A stretch of 64,000 bases of DNA from Camelus ferus (GCF_009834535.1 NC_045696.1:40302001-40366000), one strand, 5' to 3'; counted from the first letter of the stretch, positions 12,850-26,780 are shown. The notes: generated by a model from the letters alone, not told the origin. Numbers and translations are program-made.

Positions 12850-13000
12850 TGCTGTTGACTGTTTGTTGTTTGTCTTACCCCATTTGAATGTAAGCTCTAA
12901 AAAGCAGAGTCTTTATTTCGTTCCCTACTTGGTGTTGCCCCAAGGCCTGCAGCAGTGCCAGGTAAAATGTAGGCCCTCAACTACTACTATCGAGTGAATG
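12850..13000 (+). mobile_element. L2 3' end
   Basis: 'gaatgtaagctct...cagtgccaggtaaaatgtaggccctcaact...gagtgaatga'. Confidence 0.7.
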
Positions 13001-14412
13001 ACCGTAACAAGGTTGTTTTCTTCTAATGGCAGCTCTAAGACTGGCTCTTCTGAATCATCTTTGGCTGTCCTTTAATGACATCTTGGCTAGATTCTGTATT
13101 TTCCTGGTCACTCTCAGCAATTAGAGACTCAATCCAGTTTAAAACTTCAACCTCAAATCCAGTGCAAATCTTTCCCCTCTCCCTCTGCTCTTCCACCCCT
13201 CCTCTAGCTCAGCACCCTGCTGTGGATGCTGGGGATGCCCCAGCTCTGGTTTCAACACCCCTTTTCTCATTTCCCTCTTTTGGAGTCCTAGCTCCTTACA
13301 TGCTTGGGGTAAGAGGAGGGAGAAGAAATGGACTAGCTTTTTTTTTGTTTTGTTTTACTTAACCTGCTATAGTTGAAGTGCTTTTTCCATTGATTAAAGC
13401 ATCTTTGCTGGGTAACATTTACCTTCTCTGAAGTACATCTGACTCCCAAGAAACTAACACATCCTCACCATATCCAAAAGTGGACCCAGGAGCTGTCCCA
13501 TGTCCCCTCATCCTCCTCAGTATTCCCATTTCTCAGATTAGAAATCTAGGGAGCAGGTACCGGGCTTCCCTTCTTGCAGGCATTTTCAACTTCTATAAGA
13601 GATTTTTGAAGTCCCTCACCTTTCTGGCCCCAGCCTCTCACTTGGCTTTGAAGAGTACAGAGGACCCACCACCTCCCAATCTCCCTTCCACAGGAAAAGC
13701 TGCTCACCATGAACTCACACTCCTCCACAGGCTGATGTTCTCAGTCCCCAACTTTCCCCATCTTCTTGGGGAGAAGTTCTTTCTCACTTTCTCAGATTGG
13801 GGAGGGGGTTGAGGTGTGGGGAAGAAGAAGAAATGTTAAGTATGGTTGCCACAGAGCTGGTACTTCTGGGATCTCTTAGTAAGGCCATATTGAGGTGTGA
13901 GGAGAAACTGGTGAATCTTTTTAGATTAACCACCTTTGGGTTTTCAACTGGGACCCAACACATCAATTTCAGTACAACAAGAGAAGTCCCATCAACATCC
14001 TGTTATTTATGCTACAAAAAAGATTGTCTTTTTTATTTACAACTCTCTCTGGTCTTAGTATATGCCTTGTTCTATACGTACTTATAGAGACACTAAATAG
14101 ATACTTCTTAAATTCTTGATACAGAATTAGGTACTTAAGATGTTGACCAGAAATTCTAGACATCAGCCTGAAAGCTGCTGAAAGAAGATTGTGGGTATCA
14201 AGTTATGAATCCTGATGGATCATGGAGACTTCAGACCCATGAAGGAATTTCTAAACCCTACTCTGTACCTTCACAGGGTTCAGGGCTGGTCTCCAAATGC
14301 TCCAATCATCAGAAAATCTCCCAAATGAAGGACAAGAAAAATATTTTTTAAATTAAACACACGCTCAGGGAGAAATTAAAAACAGAAACACTTGATGATG
14401 AGACTGTTTTTT

Positions 14413-14546
14413 TAGGGGGGAAAGGTGGTAATTAGGTTTATTTGTTTATTTTTAATGGCAGTACTGGCAATTGAACTCAGGACCTCATGCATGCTAAGCA
14501 TGCACTCTACCACTTAAGCTATACCCTCTCTCCCCACCCTGCCCCT
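14413..14546 (-). mobile_element. tRNA-derived camelid SINE (Vic-1 type), second copy
   Basis: Same structure as 856-998 (ggtaattaggtttattt...caggacctcatgcatgctaagcatgcactctaccacttaagctataccc). TSD agactgtttttt (14401-14412) / agactgtctttt (14547-14558). Confidence 0.9.
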
Positions 14547-15174
14547 AGACTGTCTTTTATCTCTGTTTGTGGCAAGCATCTTGGGCTTCAAAATGTCTCA
14601 TTGGCTCCTGAAACCTAATGTCACCAGAGTCTCAAAATGGAAACATTCTGCCACAAATCACAGATACTTAAGGATCCTCCCCCCTTGAGATTCAGTTCAC
14701 ATTGTGGGCCTTGCCACTGGGTTTTCTCTCTGCCACAACTCAGATAAAGTGGAGCAGTCCATGTGGTTTTGCTTTTATATTCACAGTTTCAACAGTTTTG
14801 GATCCTCAATGAACACATTAGATGCATCCCTCTGTAATATACGCATTCAGGGAACAAAAATTCAGATTAGTGTGGTAAGTTATTGGGAAGGGTGGATTAA
14901 TTAAATTTCCAGCTTTCCATTGAGACTTTTTTCACATCCTTATATAACCCAATTTCCCTCTCTATACTTTGCTTGCTCTTTCAGTAATAAGGGACATCTA
15001 TATTTCTCAAACAAATGCTATGATAATTTAACTGAAACATAGATGTAAAACAAAACTTTGAGTTTATGGAAGAAATACCCTTTCTTCCAGCAAAAGTTCT
15101 GTAATTAACCACACATCCCTTGGCAAGTCTTAACCTCTAGTCTTCATTTTTCTCATCTGTCAGTTTAAGGTCAG

Positions 15175-15430
15175 GCTAATAAATTGTCCACTTACTGTCT
15201 GCTCTGTACCAGGTTCCATGGAGAGCATTTACCATGTTACTATTTTACTTTGTATTCACAATAACTCAACATGAAAGGAATCATAATCTGCATTTGGTAG
15301 ATGAAGACACAGATTTGGTAGGTTAAGTAAATTGCACAGCATGTGACCTGACCAGTCAATGATAGAACCTGAATCTAAACCCTCATTTATTTAGTTCCAA
15401 AGCCCTCGCTCTAACTGCTGCAATATGCTG
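15175..15430 (-). mobile_element. MIR SINE
   Basis: 'tagatgaagacacag...ggttaagtaaattgcacagc...tttagttccaaagccctcgctctaac'. Abuts a + strand MIR fragment at ~15105-15165. Confidence 0.7.
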
Positions 15431-18219
15431 TCACCTAAATGAGCTCTGAGTGCCCTAAACTATTCCTTTAGGCTCTATGCTCTAAGCCATGGCATTATTT
15501 CACTTCATTGCAAGAGGTATTATTGGTAAATTACTATTGCTGGTTTTATCTATAACAAAAAAGAGTATGCCCGCATACTTTGTAACTACTATTGTATTCT
15601 GCATAGTGAAGAAAAAAAGAAGTATCAGAAAGCTTCATCTTCTTTAACTTTTTCTTCCAAAATTATTCTACCTAAACGAATGGTTTTTTGAATCATTTTA
15701 AAGATTCCCTTAAATAGAGATGCTGCAACCTCCCTCAGAAGGTCATCTGTTGTTGACCATAGGGAGCAAGTTTTCCTCTGTCTGAGGAAACTTTAAATTA
15801 TAATAATAATTTATTGTCAGTACTTTAGTGTGAATTTGATCATTGTTTCTTATCCCTTTCTTCTGGTGGGAAATAACAGGACAGGAAGTGCTTCAGGGGA
15901 GATACCAAAATATTATATTGAGACACCACAAGGAATGTTAATTCCTTCTTGCAATCAGTGTTTCAGAGGGTGTCTATACAGAGTAAAAACAGAAGGAACG
16001 AAATGTCTATAGATGGACAGATGAAGAGTACAAGTCTTACATAAAAGAAAAGTGTTCATCATCTACTCTTCATTTAAATAACCAACTTTCAGTGCCATCT
16101 GTGCCTAGGCTTTTTGGACATGGAGAAATAAGTCTTAAGGAAGAGGATGGAGAGGAAGGAAAAGTAGCTCCAACTGATAGTTAACTGGCTTTATCAAGAG
16201 TTATCTAACATGCTTAATAAGAATTTTCTTCTCCATATGTACTGGCCCAGAAAATGGCAAATGCCTTGTCCATCAGTCTTTGAAGAACTGAATCATGATT
16301 TACCTATCAGCTAAACACTCAGCGAAAGAAATAAACATTTGAAAAGATAATACAGCAAATTTTTAAAAAACAGAAGTGAATGAGAATTTGTAGGCCTCTT
16401 TCACTTTTTTCACTTTGGCAAAGCTATTATAAATAGAATTTTTTAGACTGTCTGGCTAAGACAAAACAAATGTTTCCTGTCAGCATGGAAAAAGAAATTC
16501 CTGCCTAAAATTGTGTTATCTGGTTTTCAGTCCACTTAATTAAGAAAGCTGCTAAATGTCATGCTACATGTCATCAAATGCCCTTTTTAAAACTGATTTC
16601 AATTTTTCATGAGTTCATTCCAGTTTTTGTGTTCTCATTATTTAGTCTTTTAGGGTTGTTGTTTTTTTTTTAAGTAGAAGCATTATTTCTAAAAGTCAAA
16701 GATACACTATTCTTGCTGTAACTACTTTTTGCACTTCAGAGTTAAAAATATACCAGAATATAGAAATACATTGAAGATCAAGTCATCTACTAAAATATAA
16801 TACAATCTCACACATATCATTAAATCTTATTTTTAAAGAGAAAAAATGAGATACAAAAACTACTGAAGCTGAATTGAGCTATGTTAGGTCTGAACTTCTG
16901 AATTTTCACATTAAAAAAATCTGAGACTCAGAACTTGAATGAGATAAATGTCGCAAGGTTCATGGTGGAAAACTGAGATGAGCTTGCTTCACTACCACAC
17001 TGTTTAAAAAATATTTATTAAGCAGCAACTGTGTGCCAGGCATAGTGTTAGGTTTTGATGATACAAAAGTGAAAAAGACAGGAATGTCCAGTCTGAAGAA
17101 CCTTATAATCCAATGGGAGAGTGAAATAAATAAATCGATAAATTAATTTTTGTGTAGCAAATAACTGGTATTAGCAATAATTACCAGAGGGGAAAAATAA
17201 ACAAATATTTTTAAGTCATAAGCATTATAGGAAATTTCTGAACCAAAGAAGAATTTGAGTAATAATGGTCATATCTCTTGTTGCACCTCAGGTATGACTA
17301 CCTGAAATACTGAATGGGATTACACACTTATGATCCTGTCACTCATGGATAGTCAGCCTAATGTTAAATTTAGTCATCTTGTTGTCCTGTGGCAATGGGT
17401 AAACCCACTTGGAATCAGCTTTTAAAGATAAAAGTAGGGGACTGTTAAGTCTATCAGTGAAGACACCTTCTTTTCACTGCGTTTGGGATGCTAGATTATT
17501 TGCCTTCTTTCTTTCTCCAGTTGTGACATATCCAGTCTCTCTTGATGTGTATGTGGGGGGGGGGGGAGGTGGCTGGGTGTGGGTGTGTAAGAGTCTGTGT
17601 CTGTGTGACTGATGGGGGGGCAGTGGCTTAAAAAGTGTAATTACTTTCTACCAATTCTCTATAAATGTGCAACCAAAATCCTTGAAGGAAAAAAAAAAAA
17701 CTTAAAGAATATGGAGCATGAACTAGGGGGAAGGAAGATGAATTCAAAAGAAAATGAGTAAAATTATTTTTTAAGTATGAAAACAAAAGTAATAATTAAG
17801 ATGTATGTGATATCAAAGCCTTCTTTGAGAGTATTGTCAAAAAGATAATTCTTCAGATGCCTTACAGTTCAGAAACATTTTAAAATTTCTTTGATGGGAA
17901 GATATTCTAAAGTAGAAAAGTTAGAGCTCTTGATTATGTATACCAAATTTTGAGAGGAGTAAGTATTCAATTATTTAGACCATCTCTGTCAAACCTGCTA
18001 AAAAAGAAAAAAGCAGGACTTTGGGAACTTTGGTTATTCAAGTGATCATCGTCTACAAAACACACTAACTGAATTATACAGTTATCTAGCCTGAGGGTTT
18101 TTACGAGAAAAGACACAAGTTATCTGGAACTGTTGAAACCTGAAGGGCTCCACAGAGGCAATCACGAAACTAATCCATAGGCAGTCTCCACAGCTCAGAA
18201 CAGGAAAAGTTAGTGAAAC

Positions 18220-19340
18220 TTCCACATTTCCAGAAAAGCTATTGAAAAGAGAGGTAAAAAACCTATTCTCTATTTCAACGTCAACTTTCTTATATGTAGA
18301 TAACATTATTTCTTCTTTTATGTAAAAAATAACTACTACTTTGATTCATAGGGTTTTGGTGCTTCCAGTAGATGTGTATTGGAACTACTCTTTCCTACCT
18401 TCCGTGTTTTCTTAACTTCTCTTATATTTTCCATCTCTTTTTCTCTTTGGACTATATTCTGCATGCTTTCCTTATGTCTTCAGTTTATCCAGGTTTTGTT
18501 CAACCCTTATCTTGAATTTTTATTTTAGTAACATATTTCATTTCTGTAATTTATGTTTCGTTCTTTTTTTTAACCTCCCCTTTTTCAGTATGCCCTCTTT
18601 TTTCTTATAAATTTATTCATTCTGCGGTCACTGATCATTCTTAATATACTTATTTTTGAGTCTCCTTTTGACAATTACACCAATAGTTAATTTATCTGGT
18701 AGAATTCTTCCATTAGTTCCATCAGTTAACTCTCTCTTAGGCAGTGAGTTTTGGCTTGTGCTTTGTAATACTGGCCTATGAGCTCGTCTTTATGCATAGA
18801 GAACTGCCTCCCACCTCTATACTGATTATACCCTGAAGTGTGGAGATTCCTTTTTGAGTAGTTTTGCATTTTCCTCTGCTGGAGCTCTATGAGTTTCACA
18901 TTCTAGACCAGCTTCCTTAGACTCTGAGGGTTTGTTTCTATACTACTTGGGATATTCAAACTCATATCCCACAAGGAGCCTAGATATGGACTTTCAGTTT
19001 TCACAAGTTTTTCACCTGTGGCCAGGTAAATGATCTATTTCCAGGCCACATCCCCATACTATATCCCAAGCCTGTCTCTACACCAGAGTTTCCTGCCCCC
19101 CTTTATGAATTGGACAGGCTATTCTCAGATACATTTCCCCACTGTACAAAGTACTTTTGACATTAGCTTCTAAAGCATGTACTCATGCTAACAGCCTTGG
19201 CCTGACTGGCATCAATCACCACTCATTACAATGACTTAAGTTCCATCTATTTCCTGCTATTTAAGAGATTTCCCTTTCTGGCTTTTGAACTCAGCTTTGC
19301 AGCTAATATTTTAAAATTTATATTATAGCTGGCATTACTA
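18220..19340 (-). mobile_element. Very old L1-related 5'/ORF1 remnant (HAL1/L1ME-like)
   Basis: Strongly T-rich plus strand with 'ttttccatctctttttctctttggactatattctg' and 'atcattcttaatatacttattttt'. No ORF survives. Confidence 0.45.
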
Positions 19341-20104
19341 TGTGTATTACATTAAAAGATATGCTTCCCACATCTGCTTAGTCAGCCAACCATCCCAGAA
19401 ATCAATTTTGTAGCTGAAAGAAATAAATTTGGGGGTTGTTGTAGCTAGATAGTTTATTGAGGTAGTGCGTGACAAGTAAGAAACAGATTCACTTCTTTGA
19501 CTTACCAAACTTTCACTTCTTCCATTTTTGGCAGACTTTTTTTTTTTAACATTTAAGAATCCTTTGTAGTGAAAAATGACACAAGGCCATAAGTCCATTA
19601 AAATTATTACATTTGGTTAGTGAATGGACAACAGACAGTTTACATAGTTTAGTATCATTTACTTTGGCACCAAAATTGAGGGAGAAGGGCTTAGTTGCCT
19701 TCTTTGATTAAAAGTGCTTGAATTTCTAGGGAAAAAGAAGCTGACTGAATTTTTCAGGTTCAGATATTAGAGATACTCTCCTTCCCTTCAAGATCCATTA
19801 TGAGACCACCACCACCTATGAATTTGTCTAAATCATTTTATATCTCTTTATAACAGTTTTTAAAATAGTTTTTTGGCTTTGGTATAAGTAACACGAGCTT
19901 ATTATTCACTGCATTAAACAGTTTCCCTGTTACTAGTCCTTAACACCTATACGAAAGTAAATTTTAAACAACAGTATCTGGGGGAAAAATTTTTTGTTTT
20001 CTATTATTATTTTATTCTCCTGCCTTTGTTTTACTCTGATTCTGAGACAATTGTTAGTTTTCAGGTATTTCTTTTAAAATCTCATTTTATGTACCACATT
20101 TAAA

Positions 20105-20253
20105 GAAGCAGCAGAGCGTGGGTTTTAGGACTCCCAATTCTAGAGTCAGATTGCCCAAGTTTGAATCCATCCTCCAGCACTTACTACCAAGTGTGCGACT
20201 GTGGGCAAGCTTTTTAACCTCTGTGCACTTCAGTTTCCACATATGGACAATAG

Positions 20254-20330
<77 letters not shown>

Positions 20331-20500
20331 GTGATAGTGCCTACCACATAGGCACTACTGGTACTTGAATATACTGGGAATCTGCCGCTTATTGAATGAA
20401 TGCAGAGGGTTACTGAATAATATAATTGCTGTGTAAAGTACATGAATTAATATATATAAAGCACTTAGAACAGCCCTCAATATTGTTAGTTACTATTATT
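20105..20500 (+). mobile_element. Near full-length MIR containing an (ATG)25 expansion and a ~70-bp insertion
   Basis: MIR head and core 'ctagagtcagattgcccaagtttgaatcc...gggcaagctttttaacctctgtgcacttcagtttcc', and tail 'aaagcacttagaacag...tgttagttactattatt'. Confidence 0.85.
20256..20330. repeat. Perfect (ATG)25 trinucleotide microsatellite
   Basis: Direct reading. It produces the poly-Met and poly-Ile runs in the ORF track. Confidence 0.98.
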
Positions 20501-21291
20501 ATATTTTAAATTTACATTAAATATCTCTAAGAAACTGTTCCTAACCATAACCTAGCCTAATGATTTCATGATTTTATGGAAAAATCTCAAGGCACATTAT
20601 GTTGAAGCTTCCAGAAAAAAGCAATCCTTCACTATATCTTTTCATGATCGTTTGCTTTTTTTTCATGAATGGGTGCCTTAAAGGTAATGAATCTAAATAA
20701 CCCTTCCTTTTTTTCAATCAAAACCCCTTGTTGAGACTGTTTACAGGAAATCCCTTGCAGGGAGTTGAGGCAAAAGAAGAACACTTAGGCTTTGTGGCAA
20801 GAGGGGGGCCCTCACGCCCCCCTGCTGCTCCTGGGAGCCAAGATAAACATGCTTGGCAAGGAGTGACTTGCTCACCCCACCCTGTCAACTCGGAGGTGAA
20901 GGTTTCCGACTGTGGTGTTGCTACTCCACCCAACTTCTGTTCCATTTTTAATATACCTTTGTGATAACATGTATTGTATCCATTAAAAAAAACTCTTGAA
21001 GGTGTGGCTGACGAGAGGAAAGCAATATCCTGCCACTGCCCCAGACTCGAAAGGCCCTCCAGCCCCAGTTCGTGGCCCACCCTCTCTCTGCCAGCTTGTA
21101 CAGCCCAGGCTCTGCATTTTGTTCAGTAAAAGCAACAACATCCACATACCTCAGCACCTGGGAAAATGCCATCAATTGTCCCTAGTCGTGTGTGCTCTGG
21201 CAAACACCCAGCTCACAGAGAGACTATTAGCACACCTTGCCTCCCTCAACAAATGTGTTACTGAAACTCTGCATAAAAATCAAATATTTGC

Positions 21292-21572
21292 CAGAAACAG
21301 ATTCACAGACATAGAGAACAAACTTATGGTTACCATGGGGTAAAGGGGATTGAGAAAGGATAAACTGGGAATTCAAAATTTGTACCTCTTGGGGAGTGAT
21401 GGAAATGTCAGCTGTCTTGATTGTGGTGGTGGTTTCTTGGGTATATACACCTATCAAAATTCATCAAATTGTACATCTGAAATATGTGTAGTTTACTGTA
21501 CAGGAATCATACCACAATAAAGATGTTAAAAATTAAAATTGAAAAAATTTTAAAATTAAAAATAAAATTAAT
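21292..21572 (+). mobile_element. Chimeric L1 3' insertion (young 3' UTR piece plus L1MC/MD-like 3' end)
   Basis: 21292-21383 'cagaaacagattcacagacatagagaacaaacttatggttacc'. 21385-21530 'gtgatggaaatgtc...cttgattgtggtggtggtt...aataaag'. A-rich tail and 14/16 TSD. Confidence 0.8.
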
Positions 21573-22739
21573 AAAATCAAATGTTTACAAGTGAAATCAC
21601 TTTTTGAATGCTCTGGGAATTTGCCGCTTGTCGAATAATGCAGAGGGTTATTTACTGAATGATGGAAATCCTTTGTAAATTAATAATGACCCTTTATCTG
21701 TTTTCACGTTTAGAATTTTGGAGTCTGGTTTTCCTTAAAGCAAAAGACACCTGAATCATAAGTTTCTCCACTATAAGTGTCATTTAATCTCGGAGAGCTC
21801 AGTTTTCCTTAGGGGCACCAGACTCAATGATCTCTGCAGTCCTTCCCAGCTTGAAATCCACTTTCTTACTGAGGCAGTCTAGGAACAACTAGAGAAATGT
21901 CTTTTTGTTTGGTTATTCTCTTGGACTTTATCACACCATTCATCATCCGAGGAAGTGTGCTTCCGCTATCTGTTTCTCGAACAGTTCCATGTGATGCTTC
22001 ATGATGCCACAGAGAACGGTGGGCGTAGTAAACTGATGTTTTGCAGCTCCTCAGAGATCTCTTTCAATTGCCACCTATCTGGCATTATTTTTAGCCCAGA
22101 GAAAAATTATCATAAGAGATCAGAGGTGCTTCTATCAACTTCACAGGTTAAGACCTTCTTTCTGGATGCTCCCTGGAGCATAAGACACTGTCTACAATAT
22201 TTCATTATTTGTTATGCGCACTAGTGAGGCACAAAGGGAAAATCATGTTAATTCAACTTCATATTCTGGAAAAGAATACTACAAGTTAATTAGGTTACTC
22301 ACCCAAGTCACACAGTTGGTAACTAATGAAGCAAAAGATGCTTGATTTTGTGACACAATTACTAGGCTACACTGCTGGAAGTTGAAATGTCTGACATCAG
22401 AAGTATTTTAGTTAAAAGCCTCCCATATCATCCCCTCTGAACATCACACTCTTCATCTAGGGATCTGCATTCACCAACTCATCCTTGGAATAATCTCAAG
22501 AACAAAAGGCAACTGAAATTGAACTGAAATATTTATGAGCTATTGCTGGTGTACCTCAGATCATCCAAGCCACAAGCCTCCAAACACAGAGATTAAAAAG
22601 GTGTGTGATTCATGTCAGTGCTATTTCATCTCATTTCATGGCATAAATAAGTATGATAATCAATAGGGAATGGCTTGGCAAACTTCAAGAACTGATAACT
22701 GTATTTGGCATTATTGCTGGTTGTAGAAATAATAGCACT

Positions 22740-23660
22740 GTAAACTGTCATACATTTAAAAGATTATTAGGAGATATTATGAAATACTTTATGCCAGTAA
22801 ATATGACAATTTATATGAAATTATTACCAAACTGACACACAAAAAAATAAAAACCTGAAATGTCCAATATTATGAAAGAAATTGAACCTATTTTTATAAA
22901 TCTTCCCACAAAGAAGACTCTACTTTCCGGATAGTTTCACCAGTGAATTATTTCAGAATTAAAAGAATAAATAACAGTAATCTAACACAAATCCTTCCAG
23001 AGAATAGAAAAAAGAGATGAGAGACCTTCTCCTACTTATTATCAGCCCAGCAGAATCCTACAAGGACACTATAAGAAAAGAAAAACAGCAGATTCATAGA
23101 TGCAAAAATAAAAAACAACCTTAGTATGATCAAATGGGCTTTTTTTCAGGAATGCAAGGATGGTTTATGAGTCAAAATTATTTAATGTAATTCACTACAT
23201 TTATAGGAAAAAAGAGAAAATCATGTAATAAGTTCAATAGTTTCTGAAAAAGCATTCGATAAAGTTCAACACCTATTTATGAGAGAAGAACCTAGCAAAC
23301 CAAGGGAACTTTTTTAATCTGACAGTGTACTCAACAAAAATTCTGTAGTAAACATTATCCTTACTTGTGACTTCTGGAACAAGGCAAGGATGCCCACTAC
23401 CACCATTTTTATTCAAAATACACTCAACGTCACAGTCAGTGTAGTAAGACAAGAAACAGAAATAAAAGTTATAAGAATAGGAAAGGAAAAATGTAATTTT
23501 CATTATTCATAATTAGAATTAATAAATGCATATATCAAGCCCCTTGGATACAAGGTCCAATATTTAAAAAGCTATTAACTTTTATATACAAACATTAAAC
23601 AAATAGAAAATAAAACTATAAAACATATTATTTACAATAACATTTAAAACATTAGCTTAG
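22740..23660 (+). mobile_element. Old L1 ORF2 (RT region) remnant with deletions
   Basis: 'gatcaaatgggc...caggaatgcaaggatggttta', 'gaaaaagcattcgataaagttcaacacc' (AEKAFDKIQH-like) and 'ggaacaaggcaaggatgcccact' (GTRQGCP). Confidence 0.85.
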
Positions 23661-26479
23661 CAGGTATGTGTGAAGGAATTTAGGGTATAAACATCAAGAA
23701 ATTACTGTTTTATGAGTAATATAATATGATGGGAAAACCGCTAAAAAATAGACCCCAAATCCATGTAAATAAAACTAAATTTTGATAATAATTTTTAAAA
23801 CCAATCCCCAAGTCTTTTTCTTCCTCGTTCTTTCTTTTGTTAGCCGATACATTTCTTAAAAGCAAGATATCAAAGGTATTTGAATATTTATCAGTGATTC
23901 TGTGATAACATCAGAAAACAGAAATGGACTCTAGGAAAGTATTCTTTAAAGACACTGGTTTTAAATTGGGTTTTATATCTTAGAGAAAGAGTACCAAAAG
24001 GAATAAATTCATATATGATGGTCAGAGGTCTTTCTTGGTCTCTTAAAAGCATGTAATCAGATAGATTCCTAATGCAGAATATCTTGTAGTATATCACGTG
24101 AAATTATACAAAGTGTCTAGAGAAGCAATTTTGAATAGAGAACTTCTGAATACCATCTCAAGCAAGGTCTAGAGAACTCAATATTATGTGACTTTATGAT
24201 GAATTTGCTAGACAGCATGGCCAACTACTAGTCTTCCATTGTACTTTTCCATACAGTTCCTCAATCAGAACAGCTCTAGCTGTCTATGGGAAGGCTCTGC
24301 AAGACAAAGAACTAAGATTTGGCCATCTGCACACAGACCACAAATGAATTACTCAGGGTGTACTGGCAGAGGGACTTGAACTTAAGGACATGGGACAATC
24401 TGCACAGGTTGCCAGTGGTTTGTGAGAGTTGTGAGAAAAGAAAAGGGGAATTAAAAAAAATTTATTGGCATAATTTACATTGGACAACATGAGCACATTC
24501 CAGTCAATCTACTTCATAGACATGATCTCATTGGTCTCCCCAACATCCTTATGAGGAAATGAGGGGGATGACTGTGACTCCACCCTTTAGGCCAAAAGCC
24601 CCGTCCTTCACTCCCACTGTGGCTAGGAGTGGGTGGAACACATTTATCCAGAGGAACAAATGACCACCTTCCTTGCTTCCCCTCAGCATGTGAGTGAACA
24701 AGTTTGACTTTCCCTGCTTAAGGCCATACAATTCCCAAAACAACTTGTCTGAAATGTTGGGGACTGAGTCACTGGCCAATGATAATTCTCAAACAACTGC
24801 TGGTTTGTTTCTCAACCATTGTTTAGCATTCTGACTTGGACTTGATACACCATGTAACGTAAGTGCCTGTGATGAAATCTTCCTTGTTGGCCTAGAGGAG
24901 AGTTTTAAGAAAGGGAAGACAATGGTGAATATGGAAGAGGAGTCATTTTGTACTTTTGCACTAGAAGGAGACGTTGTTAGCACCATGTTCAACTAGAAGA
25001 TAAAATTTGAGACCAGGTAAAGTCAGCACATTGGGCATCCTGAAATTTTCTCAGATAGTAAACTAGATATCCATTTTTCTGTTGTTTTTTTCCTGCAACT
25101 AGATTGCCTCTCAAGATTTATTCTACTTCTCCCTTGTGTGTAACTAAAAATAATCTGTAGCAGAATTGTTCAAATTCTCCATCGAAACAGTTATTAGTGT
25201 TTATAATTTTGAGGGGAGCTCATTGGGAAAGAGAACACTAATGACAAAAATCCATCAGATAGTATTTTTCACATTAGGAAATAGAGGATAATTTATTTTA
25301 AAACCACTCTTTCAGACTCATGTTTGAGTATCCTATAAAGATATTTTTAGATTTTTCTTTCTCCCGCTACAAATAAGACTGTCCCAAATACTGAGGGATG
25401 AAAAGCACAGAAGATTATTCTCTGTATAAATGTTGACACACGAACTCACTCTACGCACATATGGGTATCTCTTACGGATATAGAACTCAGCAACTTCTAG
25501 CAGTCATCTGAGATGAGCACCATATGTGACATAATAACCCATTATTTCACTAAAGCTTTCAGAGCTTAAGAAAATAGCCTGAGGAGTAAGACTGCTTCTT
25601 TCTGAGCCAAGGTTGCAATCTTCTAAGTCCAAGACGTGCTTGAAAACAGTCATTAGGTAATTGTAAAAGCCAAGGGAGATCAGTTTAAGAATATGAAATC
25701 ATATTACTACCAACTGCCCTTTTCTGTACTCAATCCAGACAGAAGCTAGACACATGGGATGTGACATTTGTATAATAACAAAGAAAAGGAGAAAAAGAGA
25801 GCAATCTTCCCATCTATATTCTCTTTGTAGAATTTTATTACTAGCTGCTTCCTATAATCCCCAGAAAATGGGAAAATTATATTTGTTCAATACGTTATGG
25901 AAAGTCTTCTTCTGTCTTTCTATGACGTAGTTTCAGGTCATTATTAGGCAATTGCATTTCATGTATCATTAGAAGCCTATTAGTTTATTGAAATCAACAA
26001 GATAAAAGGCTGTTCTTGATATCAAATAAAGAGCTTTGAAATGGAAGTCAGAATACTTCACTCCCCCTAACTTGGTGCATGATCATGAGACTTGAGATAA
26101 AGTATCTCTACAGGTCTTTCCAGAATTACTCTACTCTTTTTGCAAATTGCTTAATATTTGTAGAAAAGCTTCTATCTGTTTCTGGCATGGCAATGATGGA
26201 GGCAGAACCTCTACTTGAGATAGTAAGAAAAATAGGCCAACACATTTACAAGAAGAATTACTGGGCTAAAAGATGCACAAATATGGACTGGGGTGTATTT
26301 TTAATACCCAGAGAAATTTCCTTCCCTGAGTTACTTCATTAGCAACTGTTTCATTACCTATCCCTGGCTAAGATTTTCCAGTAATTCTAGGTCAGCAACT
26401 GTACACTCTATTTTCTAAGAAAAAATCTCTTGTATTTTCCAACTGCAAAGTTTTTACACCAATGGCCTTGTTCCTTAAG

Positions 26480-26780
26480 GGTCTAAAGGAGACTGAAAGA
26501 TTAGAATGGAAAAAAAAAGATTTACATAGGAAGAAGTTCTGGCTGGGGAGGATATCTAGTCTAGAAACAAAATATGTGGCTGGCTTAATAAAAGTTATCA
26601 AGAATATAAAAGACCAGCTGCTCTATATTTTCTCAGAGACTAGAACCTAAGGAAACCACCTTCAATTACAGTAGAAAGTGGCCCTTTGGGTTGGAACCAA
26701 AGAAGAATTTCCTAGTTGGGGCTCTGAAACAAGTCACTAAGGGAGATTGCCACACCTCTCAAGAATATCTTGACATCGGG
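26480..26780 (+). mobile_element. CR1/L3 LINE 3' remnant
   Basis: 'gatatctagtctagaaac', 'ctcagagactagaacctaaggaaacc' and 'aaagaagaatttccta' resemble the L3 3' end. Confidence 0.5.

Noticed and set aside
19500..19565. Minus-strand coding first exon MEEVKV followed by gtaagt
   Set aside because: The donor and Kozak context are good, but I found no downstream coding exon or promoter features to support it.
20087..20443. Poly-Ile and poly-Met ORFs
   Set aside because: Translation of the (ATG)25 microsatellite inside a MIR.
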